IMG/VR virus record: IMGVR_UViG_3300042350_002797
Span: 186,001-250,000 of that record
Length of the DNA stretch: 64,000 nucleotides
Strand: one strand, 5' to 3'
The notes under the pieces are model-generated. The model did not search any database, had not been told where the DNA came from, and saw only the letters and a list, made by a program, of their open reading frames with translations. Shown here piece by piece: positions 1 through 9,791 of this stretch (within the stretch, counting starts at the first letter, position 1; each line of letters begins with the position of its first letter). The translations under genes and the position numbers were made by a program.

Positions 1-222
1 CCATGCTTCGTATTTAATTTTAAGTTCGTAATACAGTTTCGAATTAGCATTAGTAGTTTGAATAATATCGCTCATTTCTATTTTTTTATCTGCGGGCAAT
101 TTGTTAAGATCCGCAGCAGGAGTCATCAAACTTGGCGGTGCATCGGGGAATTTCATCACAATAGGAACCGCAGTGCTAGAGCATCCTGATAAGAATATAC
201 ATAATAATAAAATTAATCTCAT
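1..222 (-). CDS. Outer-membrane spanin-like lipoprotein (partial, runs off window edge)
   Basis: Not in ORF track. ATG at 222 overlaps the upstream stop (ATGA). Reads MRLILLLCIFLSGC (lipobox LSG|C), then Pro-rich VPIVMKFPDAPPSLMTP. Confidence 0.7.
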   Translation of the reverse strand, partial: MRLILLLCIFLSGCSSTAVPIVMKFPDAPPSLMTPAADLNKLPADKKIEMSDIIQTTNANSKLYYELKIKYEAW

Positions 223-701
223 TTTGTTTCTCCTGCAGGAGTTTGAAGTAATTCTGGGTTAGTCACTGATTTGTTAAACATTTCGATAGCATCAGGACTT
301 ACATCGCAGTTAGCATTTATGAGTTTTTCTTTTTCTATTATTTCTTGTTTTATAACTTCTTTAACAACTTCTACAGTTTTAATTTTAGTTATAACTTTTG
401 TTTCTATAACTTTTACAACTTCAGCCTGCCGTCCTTCTAATTCTTTAACTTTAGCCTGCACTTCTTGTACACGTTCTCTCCACATACGTTCTACGCCATA
501 CCCGCCTGCATAAAAAGCTCCGACACCATATAATATTACACCAACTAATTCCATTGGTAATTTGTAACCTTTAATAAAGGGTATCCAAGCTACAACTTTA
601 CTTAATATATAAAGTGTAATACCTGTAGCCAATATAGCGTATGTAGCTAATTCAATCCAGCTATCTGGTATTAAACTATACATGAATTGTAAATACCACA
701 T
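219..701 (-). CDS. Inner-membrane spanin-like protein
   Basis: N-terminal TM segments, coiled-coil region and C-terminal Cys (INANC); translationally coupled to the lipoprotein gene. Confidence 0.6.
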   Translation of the reverse strand: MWYLQFMYSLIPDSWIELATYAILATGITLYILSKVVAWIPFIKGYKLPMELVGVILYGVGAFYAGGYGVERMWRERVQEVQAKVKELEGRQAEVVKVIETKVITKIKTVEVVKEVIKQEIIEKEKLINANCDVSPDAIEMFNKSVTNPELLQTPAGETK

Positions 702-1438
702 TATACTCTCTCTAGTGTTAGTGCATAGTTTTCATTTTCAAATACAAAATAATCACTTATTTTATTAATATTATAATTACCTATATATTTTGTAAAAAAT
801 AAAACTTCTGCTATATCTTTTGATTCTATCATTAACTTTCCAGTTAAATTTTTATATACAGATTCTTTTAATCCAAAATCTTTAATTCTCATACGCAAAG
901 GTTCTGCATATTTCTTTTGAAAAAGTAGTGTATCGTTATCAACATCTATACTTTCTAAATAACTTTTATTAAAAAAATTAGAAAAGTTGTTTAATTTATT
1001 TTCTTGAATTTTTAATTGATATTCGTCTTTATTTGTAGGAACAGTTTCTTGTAAACTATCTTCTGTTACTTCTACACTATGGAAACTTTTATAATATCTG
1101 AATTTAAAATCATTGATATCGCAAAGTTTTCCAACTCCGTATAAAATTTCCATAATTTGTTCAGGAACACGTTGAGTTCTTTCCATTTCTACAAAAACTT
1201 TATATTTTCCGTTCTGTAGTTCGCCAGGAGTCGAATCTGCATCTAGTACAAATTCATAACCTCTTTCGATAAAATTGACAAGATCTTGTGCTGGTTCTTT
1301 TTGTTCTACAGTGAAAGATATTACTACTATGTCTTCGTCAGATCCCATCTTGCTGGCATAACTATCGATTTCAAAGATATTATCTACCAGCATACGCAAG
1401 TCGCCTGCTAGCAATTCTTCATTAAGCTGCTGGTGCAT
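701..1438 (-). CDS. Hypothetical phage protein
   Basis: 245 aa ORF coupled to its neighbours; no recognised motif. Confidence 0.6.
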   Translation of the reverse strand: MHQQLNEELLAGDLRMLVDNIFEIDSYASKMGSDEDIVVISFTVEQKEPAQDLVNFIERGYEFVLDADSTPGELQNGKYKVFVEMERTQRVPEQIMEILYGVGKLCDINDFKFRYYKSFHSVEVTEDSLQETVPTNKDEYQLKIQENKLNNFSNFFNKSYLESIDVDNDTLLFQKKYAEPLRMRIKDFGLKESVYKNLTGKLMIESKDIAEVLFFTKYIGNYNINKISDYFVFENENYALTLERV

Positions 1439-2003
1439 TAGGAGCTCCTATAGGTGCCGCTGCCGGAGCTGCTGCCGGAGCTGATGCTGATTGTAATGCG
1501 GCTTGATCTGCTGCTTGTGCTGGTGCTGCTTCCGCTTTACTAGTTTTGCCTATACCCATACTTTCTCTCATTTTAGTCATATAACCGTTAGTTGTGTCTT
1601 CTACTAGTTTTTTAGGCATAGTAAGTTTTACAACCCAAACTGGTTTTCTGTCCAATTTACCTTTTTTAGTACCAGGTCTAAAATCATCAGGGTCCTTGAC
1701 TTTTCTGGGAGACAGTAAATGTGTTTCTTCGTACACTACTTTACATCCATAATCTAGTAGTCGTTTAGCTGCCATAGGATCGGGCATTTTGGATTTCGGC
1801 CACATAAAACTGGCAGTTACCCAGTGACGCTCGACCACAGGGCCTTCTACTAATTCTCCGTCAATCCAATTTTTATACACATACATATCCATCTCATCTA
1901 GTACACGTTCGATGTCTTTTAAGGTGCTTAGGCTTGAATTACTGTTGTAAATTGTTTGAATATTTTCAATGACGTCTAGGATATCTCTCATAACAGGTTC
2001 CAA
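1422..2003 (-). CDS. Hypothetical phage protein with Ala/Pro-rich tail
   Basis: 193 aa; TAAATA motif upstream at 2017-2022. Confidence 0.6.
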   Translation of the reverse strand: MEPVMRDILDVIENIQTIYNSNSSLSTLKDIERVLDEMDMYVYKNWIDGELVEGPVVERHWVTASFMWPKSKMPDPMAAKRLLDYGCKVVYEETHLLSPRKVKDPDDFRPGTKKGKLDRKPVWVVKLTMPKKLVEDTTNGYMTKMRESMGIGKTSKAEAAPAQAADQAALQSASAPAAAPAAAPIGAPNAPAA

Positions 2004-2145
2004 TAAATGCTATACTTATTTAGTTGGTTTAGATGTTTAAGTTACAACTTTACTTTTTGGAATAATGTATAAGTACTTTTGTAGGACCTCTGTAGTTACT
2101 GGGCGGTCGCTACAAGTCCTGCTTTTTTACAAGTGGGAGAACTTA

Positions 2146-2862
2146 ATGAGTAAAAGAGTGAAAAAACGCTTTACTTCAGACGTAAATGTAATTGATTTTC
2201 AACCATACCTTCCTAACAAGAAGCAGCGAGTGCTGATTCATCCTCGAAATAAACACCAAGAAACATATCTAGCCAAGCTTAATGATGATAGTAAAAACAT
2301 AGTATTTGCTATCGGTCCTGCTGGAACAGGCAAGACTTTATTGGCTGTACAAATTGGTATAAGACTATTTCAAGAAGGTAAGGTCGATAAGATTATAGTT
2401 ACTAGACCCGCCGTTAGTGTAGACGAAGACCTAGGATTTTTGCCAGGAACATTAAATGAAAAAATGGCTCCGTGGACTCGTCCAATTTTTGATGTATTAG
2501 GAGAATATTATAATCAAAAAGACATTGAAACTATGTTGTATGAAAATGTTATAGAAATAAGTCCTTTAGCATATATGCGTGGCAGAACATTTAAACATGC
2601 TTACATTATAGCAGATGAAATGCAAAATGCTACACAGAATCAAATGAAAATGCTGTTAACTAGATTAGGGGAAGCCAGTAAAATGGTAGTCACTGGAGAT
2701 CTAGCACAAGCAGATAGATTGAAGGACAACGGATTAATAAATTTTATAGAAAGGATAGAACAACATAAAAAATTAGAATTTATAGATGTTGTAAGATTCG
2801 ACAGTAATGATATAGAACGTCATGACGCTGTAAAAGAAGTTTTAACGATCTACGGAGACTAA
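2146..2862 (+). CDS. phoH: PhoH family ATPase
   Basis: GPAGTGKT Walker A, TRPAV, LGFLPG, YMRGRTF, DEMQN, TGDLAQ. Likely start ATG 2146 after GGGAGA. Confidence 0.95.
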   Translation: MSKRVKKRFTSDVNVIDFQPYLPNKKQRVLIHPRNKHQETYLAKLNDDSKNIVFAIGPAGTGKTLLAVQIGIRLFQEGKVDKIIVTRPAVSVDEDLGFLPGTLNEKMAPWTRPIFDVLGEYYNQKDIETMLYENVIEISPLAYMRGRTFKHAYIIADEMQNATQNQMKMLLTRLGEASKMVVTGDLAQADRLKDNGLINFIERIEQHKKLEFIDVVRFDSNDIERHDAVKEVLTIYGD

Positions 2863-3356
2863 GATGATAGGGGAGGAAACTCCCCTATTTGTTCTACTGG
2901 TATCCCTGACCGAAGTAGGAAATCAATTCCTGAGCTATCGCGGTAGTCTTGAGAATAAAACACCCTACTAATGCCAGACTGATAAATGAGTTTGGCGCAT
3001 TCAAGACAAGGGCTGTGTGTGATAAAAATATCAGCACCGGAGCCACTGTTAGGGCTACGAGCCAGTTTGCTGATTGCGTTTGATTCTGCATGAAGTACCT
3101 CCGGTTTAGTTTTTAAATTATAAGGCTTACTTTCGTTATCTATATATTGCCATTCGTTACTGTCAATAGTCCATTCGTTTGCATATACACGATCTTCACA
3201 TTCATTGTTCCATCCTGCTGGCATGCCATTATACCCATAACTAATTACAGTGTCATCTTTTACAATCACTGCTCCTACCTGTAATCGCCTAGCGTGGCTT
3301 AATTGTGAAAGGCGTTTAGCCCAATCCATGTACAAATGAACAAATTTTTGTTTCAT
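2859..3356 (-). CDS. dCMP deaminase
   Basis: VGAVIV..GYNG, HAESNAI and SPCLECAK zinc motifs. Confidence 0.92.
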   Translation of the reverse strand: MKQKFVHLYMDWAKRLSQLSHARRLQVGAVIVKDDTVISYGYNGMPAGWNNECEDRVYANEWTIDSNEWQYIDNESKPYNLKTKPEVLHAESNAISKLARSPNSGSGADIFITHSPCLECAKLIYQSGISRVFYSQDYRDSSGIDFLLRSGIPVEQIGEFPPLSS

Positions 3357-3790
3357 GCTATAGGATTTCCTTTTTCATCTACTTCTAACCAAGTATAATC
3401 TCCTAACCATTTCACTCTAGCAATATATTTGTATTTGTCAGGTGATCCAGTAGTCCAGTCGTTCGGGCCCATAGGGCTTAGTCTAGTTTTATTATCTTTA
3501 CTGTCAAATATTAACCAATATATTTGATTATGGTATACTTGGAATTGATATTCTGATGCATGAACTGCATCTGTAATTTCTATTCTACGTTTTATTTGAT
3601 CTGCTTGACGTTGCATTACTCTTACTACTTCCATAATGCGTTCATATTCTTGCTGAGCATGTAGTCTTGCTACATTAAGCATTATGTCTTTTTGTTTAGT
3701 AACAGGCACTAAATCGAACTTAGGTGCCCCTACCTCCATTGGATAGGTTAAACTATTACGTCTTTCAGGATCCTTAGGATCTAATTCCAT
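3353..3790 (-). CDS. DUF2452-like protein
   Basis: YPMEVGAPKF...AQQEYERI pattern recognised from memory. Confidence 0.5.
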   Translation of the reverse strand: MELDPKDPERRNSLTYPMEVGAPKFDLVPVTKQKDIMLNVARLHAQQEYERIMEVVRVMQRQADQIKRRIEITDAVHASEYQFQVYHNQIYWLIFDSKDNKTRLSPMGPNDWTTGSPDKYKYIARVKWLGDYTWLEVDEKGNPIA

Positions 3791-4704
3791 TAGATATGCG
3801 ACAGTCTTATTAGTGTTGCTGCAAGATTAATCTCTGGATCACTGACTAGAGTATGATCTACTAAGCCTTGTTTGATAAACAAAATTGCTTTTTCTTGACG
3901 CTCATCGTCACCAAAGATTGCAACATTGTCGTACAACCATCTGAAAATTTCTTCCATCTCTTCAGGTCTAGCTTGACTACAAACAAGTTTACGTGCGTCC
4001 GATATTTTACCTTTTTTGAATAGTTCTACCATTTCAATTTTGTAATCTTGTTCTCCAGTATCTCCCTTTTCGGGAGTATGTAATGTACCAGATAAACTAT
4101 TCATTTGTACAGTATTAATACATTTACGCAAATCTGGATAAGTTGCTTTCACGAACGTATCAAGTGTATCCAACTCAAAATCAATCGCTTCGCTAACAAG
4201 AATAGTAGCAACACGAGCGGTAAACTCAGTAATATCCGTTCGCTCAACGTGAAATCCTTGACATCGTGAATGTATAGCAGGGATAATGCGATTAGGGTAG
4301 TTACAGGTGAGGATAAAACGAGAAGTCGTATGATACTCTTCCATGACACCCCTGAGAGCAGCCTGCGCATTAGGACTAAGATAATCAGCTTCATCTAATA
4401 ATACCACCTTAAAATTTCCAAAAGGAATCATTTGGACAAAATTTACAATTTTGTCTCTAACATCTTCTACACTGTTTGTACGGCTTGCATTAATTTCTAA
4501 AACATCTAAATCATTGATTTCTAATTCATTTAATAAAATTTTAGCTAATGTAGTTTTTCCAATACCTGCATTTCCGCTAAAAAGTAAATGGGGAATGCTT
4601 TCTTGTTTAACCCAACTTTCTATTTGTTCTTTTTGATGTGAATCTCGAAATACATATCCATCGAGTGTTTTAGGGCGATATTTTTCTACCCATAGCTCTT
4701 TCAT
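3790..4704 (-). CDS. Clamp loader AAA+ subunit (RFC small subunit / T4 gp44-like)
   Basis: LWVEKYRPKTL, GNAGIGKT, LEINAS, DEAD, SRC motifs. Confidence 0.93.
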   Translation of the reverse strand: MKELWVEKYRPKTLDGYVFRDSHQKEQIESWVKQESIPHLLFSGNAGIGKTTLAKILLNELEINDLDVLEINASRTNSVEDVRDKIVNFVQMIPFGNFKVVLLDEADYLSPNAQAALRGVMEEYHTTSRFILTCNYPNRIIPAIHSRCQGFHVERTDITEFTARVATILVSEAIDFELDTLDTFVKATYPDLRKCINTVQMNSLSGTLHTPEKGDTGEQDYKIEMVELFKKGKISDARKLVCSQARPEEMEEIFRWLYDNVAIFGDDERQEKAILFIKQGLVDHTLVSDPEINLAATLIRLSHI

Positions 4705-4853
4705 TAATACACCTCTTTAGTTAATTCATGCAATCTATCCGCACATTTTCTAATATCTTCACTTAGAAGTCCTATACCAATTTTTTGTTCAATAAATCTT
4801 GCTATGTTGTGCAAGTCTATTACAGATTGCTCAAGTTTATCTTTTTCAGTCAT
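4704..4853 (-). CDS. Small hypothetical protein (49 aa)
   Basis: Not in track. MTEKDKLEQSVIDLHNIARF...EVY*; RBS AAAGGA; directly downstream of a sigma70 promoter. Confidence 0.6.
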   Translation of the reverse strand: MTEKDKLEQSVIDLHNIARFIEQKIGIGLLSEDIRKCADRLHELTKEVY

Positions 4854-4870
4854 ATTTGATCCTTTCTAAT

Positions 4871-4899
4871 ATTATAGAGAAAATAATAGGGCCAGTCAA
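4871..4899 (-). promoter_or_regulatory. Sigma70-type promoter overlapping a terminator hairpin
   Basis: TTGACT-17 nt-TATAAT; the -35 hexamer is the loop of hairpin AGGGCC/GGCCCT. Confidence 0.75.
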
Positions 4900-4909
4900 G
4901 GCCCTTTGA

Positions 4910-5272
4910 TTAGATGTAAGGTTTTAGATTTGGTGGAGACCAGCCTTCTGGTTTAAGAACTTTGCCGTCTTCGCGTTTTCGAACTTTACCAGTTTCGGAA
5001 TCAATTTTGGCAAAGTTGGTGCGCATGACTTCGTTCCATGCTCCTTCGCCATCTGCTCCCATCGAATGAATAGCACCAATAGTAACAACTAGAATATCAA
5101 TTAATGCATCTAATGTTTCTACTTGATCATGATTACTAATTGCTGTAGAAAGTTCTTTGGTTTCTTCTTCAATCAATCCTAAGTACATATTGAATTGATT
5201 CTGGTTAAAATCATCTACATCTTGATCGCAAGCTCGCATGAATCTTTCTTGATCCTTAAACAAATTAGTCAT
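4910..5272 (-). CDS. MazG-like NTP pyrophosphohydrolase (DR2231/PRA-PH type)
   Basis: LIEEE..EL, DALID, RKREDGKVLKPEGW. Confidence 0.85.
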   Translation of the reverse strand: MTNLFKDQERFMRACDQDVDDFNQNQFNMYLGLIEEETKELSTAISNHDQVETLDALIDILVVTIGAIHSMGADGEGAWNEVMRTNFAKIDSETGKVRKREDGKVLKPEGWSPPNLKPYI

Positions 5273-5616
5273 CAGGATCCTTCCCCTACTTGTATGTCTG
5301 CAGGTTTTTCATCAGAAACAATTAGAATTTCATCATTATCAATTTTTCTAATAACGATTTCACCTGCTGTTTCATCCATAACTTTGATACCTCTAGTCCA
5401 CCTACCGTGAGCAACACATACCCAATCACCAATTTTAAGATCTGTAACTTCAGGCCCTATAGCCCATACACGGCCCCATCGAGGTTTAATTCCTTCTAAT
5501 TTACCATCTAATTTTTGTATAATAATTCCTGAACTAGTTCTTTCTTCACCGAACTCCATGTCAGTTATTAATATATTTTTTTTGAGTGGTTTTATTTTTC
5601 CTTGAACTACGTTCAT
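5272..5616 (-). CDS. groES: Co-chaperonin GroES
   Basis: IKPL..NILI, RTSSGII, GRVWAIGP, LKIGDWV. Confidence 0.85.
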   Translation of the reverse strand: MNVVQGKIKPLKKNILITDMEFGEERTSSGIIIQKLDGKLEGIKPRWGRVWAIGPEVTDLKIGDWVCVAHGRWTRGIKVMDETAGEIVIRKIDNDEILIVSDEKPADIQVGEGS

Positions 5617-5852
5617 GCTTCACCTTTATTCTTAGGCATGATAATATTTTTAGAATCAGTATGATATTCTGTCATAATATCTTCTCTTTTCTTAATAATT
5701 TTTCCACCAGGACCTAGTTCATCTCCTCGGGCATTTACTCTAACATTTCCGACAGCTAATGTCATTTCATTCTTCATTCTAAGTTTGTCTAAATCAAGTT
5801 CTTTACCCTGCATTGTTTTATAAACTTTACGTGGTTGTTCTTTCATTCCCAT
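5613..5852 (-). CDS. Hypothetical phage protein
   Basis: AVGNVRVNARGDELGPGG; RBS AGGAG. Confidence 0.65.
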   Translation of the reverse strand: MGMKEQPRKVYKTMQGKELDLDKLRMKNEMTLAVGNVRVNARGDELGPGGKIIKKREDIMTEYHTDSKNIIMPKNKGEA

Positions 5853-5876
5853 AATAAACTCCTATAATATACTTAC

Positions 5877-6362
5877 TTATCTTAAAAATTCTTGCCAATT
5901 TAATTTATATTTGATACTATCAATTTTATGCACATCTAACAAAAATAGCACATAACTAGCCACACTAGATCCTCGTCCTACTCCCCAGACTATATTATTT
6001 TTTCTACAAGTATCGACAAAATATTTGAGCCAACGTAGCAAATCTATCATATTTCTGGCCCTGTATTCTTGAAGTTCTTCTATTAGACGTTGATAGTGTT
6101 CTTTTGGACATATATGAACAAGATATCCTTCTATATCCAAATTTTTATACTCATCAGGGACGAACCAATTTTTTTGTAATTGATCATCTAAATTTTCTGA
6201 GTTATTTTTTTGTATTTTTAAATTTGAAAATATTTCTAAACGTTCTATATCGTAGCTGGATTCAGATATGATATTTTCTAAAATATCTAACTCGTTGGTA
6301 TAAAGAAGTTCAAATATATCTTTGTCGTCAAAAATAGACTGACCAGTAGGACTAATTTTCAT
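5877..6362 (-). CDS. dnaE: DNA polymerase III alpha (DnaE) fragment
   Basis: RLIEEL...WGVGRGSSVASYVLFLLDVHKIDSIKYKL..EFLR matches the DnaE GRGS region; only 161 aa long. Confidence 0.8.
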   Translation of the reverse strand: MKISPTGQSIFDDKDIFELLYTNELDILENIISESSYDIERLEIFSNLKIQKNNSENLDDQLQKNWFVPDEYKNLDIEGYLVHICPKEHYQRLIEELQEYRARNMIDLLRWLKYFVDTCRKNNIVWGVGRGSSVASYVLFLLDVHKIDSIKYKLNWQEFLR

Positions 6363-6371
6363 AAAGTTATT

Positions 6372-6602
6372 TTAATTAACTTTTATTAATTTGTCAAGAT
6401 CTTGATTTCGATTTTCTAATTGTTGTTGTAAAAGTTTTGATCTACGATTTCGAAGTTCGTCATTATATACATCTAATAACATTCTAATTTGATGTTGAAC
6501 ATTCGAGTTTCTTGTTTGCCAATATTTTTTACTAAGATCCAGAATTTTATTTTCTAATTCTGGATCTTTCAAATCGGCAAGATCGTCTACTAATGGATGC
6601 AT
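6372..6602 (-). CDS. Hypothetical protein
   Basis: 76 aa helical ORF, coupled to the upstream gene. Confidence 0.6.
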   Translation of the reverse strand: MHPLVDDLADLKDPELENKILDLSKKYWQTRNSNVQHQIRMLLDVYNDELRNRRSKLLQQQLENRNQDLDKLIKVN

Positions 6603-7168
6603 TAAGAGAAGGTTCCTACATGTTTTACAAAAATATTGTCGCCGCCGTCTAGGGTACTAACTTCAAAAATATGTGTAACGTCTACAACTAGACCTGTACT
6701 GAAAGGAAGAGTTAAAGACGATTCTTTTCTAGTTAATCCTCCAGGCGATGACGAAGTGAAATTTACTGTAAAATCAACTTCTGTGCTGGTTGTATTAATA
6801 TGCAAAAATATTTTTCGATATAAATTATCGGCTGGCCATTGACTTAAAATAAAATTAGCATTGCCAGTACAACTAAGTTTAAACAAATCTGCATCTCGAG
6901 TATCTAACGTAACATCACCTGATACTCCAGGTTGATTATCTACAGAATGATATAATCTTCTAATTTCAGCATTTCCAATAATTACTCCATTGAAATCGTT
7001 GTCATCGTTGGTTTTTGCTGTGTTTAATTCTAAATTTCCAATTTCAGTTCTAGCAGTAGATAATGCATTTTTTATGATGTTAAAATTGTCTCTAAATCCT
7101 TGACTATTATTATCTTTTCCTGCTATTGGAAATTCTTCGTCGATGGTACTAAAAACTATTGAGCTCAT
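6602..7168 (-). CDS. Putative virion/baseplate protein
   Basis: IDEEFPIAGKDNNSQGFRDNF N-terminus; structural-gene context. Confidence 0.55.
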   Translation of the reverse strand: MSSIVFSTIDEEFPIAGKDNNSQGFRDNFNIIKNALSTARTEIGNLELNTAKTNDDNDFNGVIIGNAEIRRLYHSVDNQPGVSGDVTLDTRDADLFKLSCTGNANFILSQWPADNLYRKIFLHINTTSTEVDFTVNFTSSSPGGLTRKESSLTLPFSTGLVVDVTHIFEVSTLDGGDNIFVKHVGTFS

Positions 7169-9750
7169 GATATTGTGGTCCTGTCGTTTCTGAAAGCAAT
7201 ATATTTATCTTTACTATATCCGGTAACTGCATCTATGATATATCTATCAATAGTATAATCAATTTGGCTAAAATCAAATCCGCTATTTTTAATTCTTAAT
7301 AATATATCAGTGGATTTTCCAGGTTTACAATAGCAAATAGGAATAGCAGTAATATACCCGAGGGGTTGTACTTGCCCAAGTTGAATACTGCGCATCCATA
7401 GTGGCAAATAATTACTGTCTATTAATCCTAATTCTCTAATTCTTTTACGCCAAATTGAAATACTGCTGGCAAATTTTAATGAAGATTCGGGATCGCTGGC
7501 GAAAACATCTGATCGATCCACAGTGGCTAGAAATGGATTAGCTCTGGAAAAACTAGGTGTATTTTGATCAAATGGTCCTGCGTAAAATTGATTGTTTTGA
7601 TCTACAGTAATTAATCTAGATTGTTTTGAAGTTACTACCGGAGTAGGCAAATATTTTTTTCCTATTTCTAGTGGATCGAACACTTCTAGATAAACTACTT
7701 CATAAACAACGGTATCTGTATACGGCACTGTAGCTATGGCAGTTTTTATTGATCCTAATTTGAATCTTTTAGGTTTATGATTTCTTCCAGTCATGCCTAC
7801 AACTTCTGCCGCTGTTTTAGTTTCGATACCAGCATACACTAACATTTTTAAATCTTTTTGTATACCAAAGTTTGGATCACTAGGTCTATAAATTGAATTA
7901 TTTTCAAAAATATCTGGATCATTAATGAAAGATTTCCAAACATTTCTTTGATCTGTTTTTAAAAACGGTTTTACGATTAAGTTACTGAATAATCTGTCAT
8001 TAGGAGTGTCTATGTTGATAGTGAATGTTCGTCTAACTGCACTGTATCCTAACACATCTCTTGCCTCGACTTCGAACGAATAAGATCTATCGATAGTAGT
8101 TTCACCGTCGTCAAAAGTTAATGCTCCTCCGTCGAACAGTATTAATCCGGGAGTATTATCAATTTCAAATTGATTTACTTTACCTACTATTTCTCCGTCA
8201 AAATTTAATGTTAATCCAGGTGGTAGTTGCCCGCTGATTAAGAAATATAATACAGGAGATTGTGTAAAAGTAGTAGTAGCACTGATGCTTAACGTACTAA
8301 CATAATTTGCACCAATTGATCCTAAATTGCTGTCAGTGTTCCAAACGATAGTTGAATCAATTTCTCCAATTATTCTAGCAGTGAATATTCTCTTACTGCT
8401 AGCAGTTTCCCCTTTTTCTGTGAATCGAGTAGCCTTAACGGTAAACTTATAATCTTTAGTAATAGCAGTTTGATAAGGTAAAACACCAAATACTTCGCTG
8501 GTTGTTGGATCAAATAACATACCAGGAGGTAATATACTATCTGTACCTAAATACAAATTGGTAAAATTTGGAATAGTACTAGTAAAATTACCAACAATAG
8601 TTAACAAATAATCTGTCTCTGATATTTTTACAACATTGGAAATTGTATAAACTGTGGCGCTGGCATTTTCAACGTATTCTGAAAGTTGTATCTTATGTCC
8701 TACTAAGGGGATCCCCTTTACATTTTTTAATCTTAATTTATTTGTGCCAATTTTATTTTCGGTCATGCTAGTAGTGTAAGATACACCAAAAATTTCTGGA
8801 TTTACACTTTCTAAAGAATACACAATAGGACCTACAACAAGAGCTTCGTAGGTATCTAATTTAAATGTCTTATAATTGTTTGCTCTAAATGTTCCTAAGA
8901 AATTAGGAGTAGTCCAAATAGGTGCTCTTGCGTAAGTAATATCTGCGGTAAAAGTATTGTTTCCTGCTGTAGTTACAGTGTTGTCTGCTCTAAAAAAATC
9001 ATCTCCGACTACAAAGATTCTAAATTTTCTTGCAGATTGACTGTCTCCATCGGTTACTATGACATTGAATTCAAAGTTTCTATTTAATTTTCTTGGAGGT
9101 AAACTTTCAGTTCCAAAATCAAACGTCAACAAATCAAAAATAAAACTGTCATAGCCATTAGTTGGTCTTAATCCGTAATCATAAGCATACTCATCAAACA
9201 GTTGTTTATCAAATCTGCCATTACCCTTAGCTAAAGGAGGAGCTAAAACCGGTTGTACCCAACCTACAATTCTTCCACTGTCCGTTAAAATTAATCCTGG
9301 AGGTAGCTCGCCGCCACCGCTAGGAATAAAATATTTTAACTCTTGTCCAGCAGCAGTATCTGTATCTGTAACGGACAGTTGAAAATCTATATACGAACTG
9401 TCTAAAATATAATATGCATCATTAGGACCTACTGGAAGTGCACCTGCTGCAATATTCCATTCTGGTATATCAGCACCAGTGACATTGATAAAAAAAGTTC
9501 TATCTGAGAAATCTGTACCTAATCTAGCTCTAACGACAAATTTAAATTCTGTATCTCTCGGAACTTCAAAAGCTGTTCCTACTATGGATGAATTTTCTAA
9601 TCTCAGACCTGGCGGTAGCTGACCAGAAATAACAGTGTATTCAATTCCTGGCCCTAATGGGCTTATTAGAGGTAATGAAATATTAACAGCGGTTCTTTCT
9701 GGGATAGTGCCAAAATTATATCCTGATCGTTCAGTCCAAATATCTAACAT
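7165..9750 (-). CDS. Virion structural protein with Ig-like (He_PIG-type) repeats
   Basis: Repeated SGQLPPGL-L / LPPGM motifs followed by G.I.G. Confidence 0.7.
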   Translation of the reverse strand: MLDIWTERSGYNFGTIPERTAVNISLPLISPLGPGIEYTVISGQLPPGLRLENSSIVGTAFEVPRDTEFKFVVRARLGTDFSDRTFFINVTGADIPEWNIAAGALPVGPNDAYYILDSSYIDFQLSVTDTDTAAGQELKYFIPSGGGELPPGLILTDSGRIVGWVQPVLAPPLAKGNGRFDKQLFDEYAYDYGLRPTNGYDSFIFDLLTFDFGTESLPPRKLNRNFEFNVIVTDGDSQSARKFRIFVVGDDFFRADNTVTTAGNNTFTADITYARAPIWTTPNFLGTFRANNYKTFKLDTYEALVVGPIVYSLESVNPEIFGVSYTTSMTENKIGTNKLRLKNVKGIPLVGHKIQLSEYVENASATVYTISNVVKISETDYLLTIVGNFTSTIPNFTNLYLGTDSILPPGMLFDPTTSEVFGVLPYQTAITKDYKFTVKATRFTEKGETASSKRIFTARIIGEIDSTIVWNTDSNLGSIGANYVSTLSISATTTFTQSPVLYFLISGQLPPGLTLNFDGEIVGKVNQFEIDNTPGLILFDGGALTFDDGETTIDRSYSFEVEARDVLGYSAVRRTFTINIDTPNDRLFSNLIVKPFLKTDQRNVWKSFINDPDIFENNSIYRPSDPNFGIQKDLKMLVYAGIETKTAAEVVGMTGRNHKPKRFKLGSIKTAIATVPYTDTVVYEVVYLEVFDPLEIGKKYLPTPVVTSKQSRLITVDQNNQFYAGPFDQNTPSFSRANPFLATVDRSDVFASDPESSLKFASSISIWRKRIRELGLIDSNYLPLWMRSIQLGQVQPLGYITAIPICYCKPGKSTDILLRIKNSGFDFSQIDYTIDRYIIDAVTGYSKDKYIAFRNDRTTIS

Positions 9751-9770
9751 TAGATAATCCTATTATTACA

Positions 9771-9778
9771 TATTTATA
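9771..9778 (-). promoter_or_regulatory. T4-like late promoter
   Basis: TATAAATA 21 nt upstream of a structural gene start. Confidence 0.55.
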
Positions 9779-9791
9779 GGATTATCCTTTC

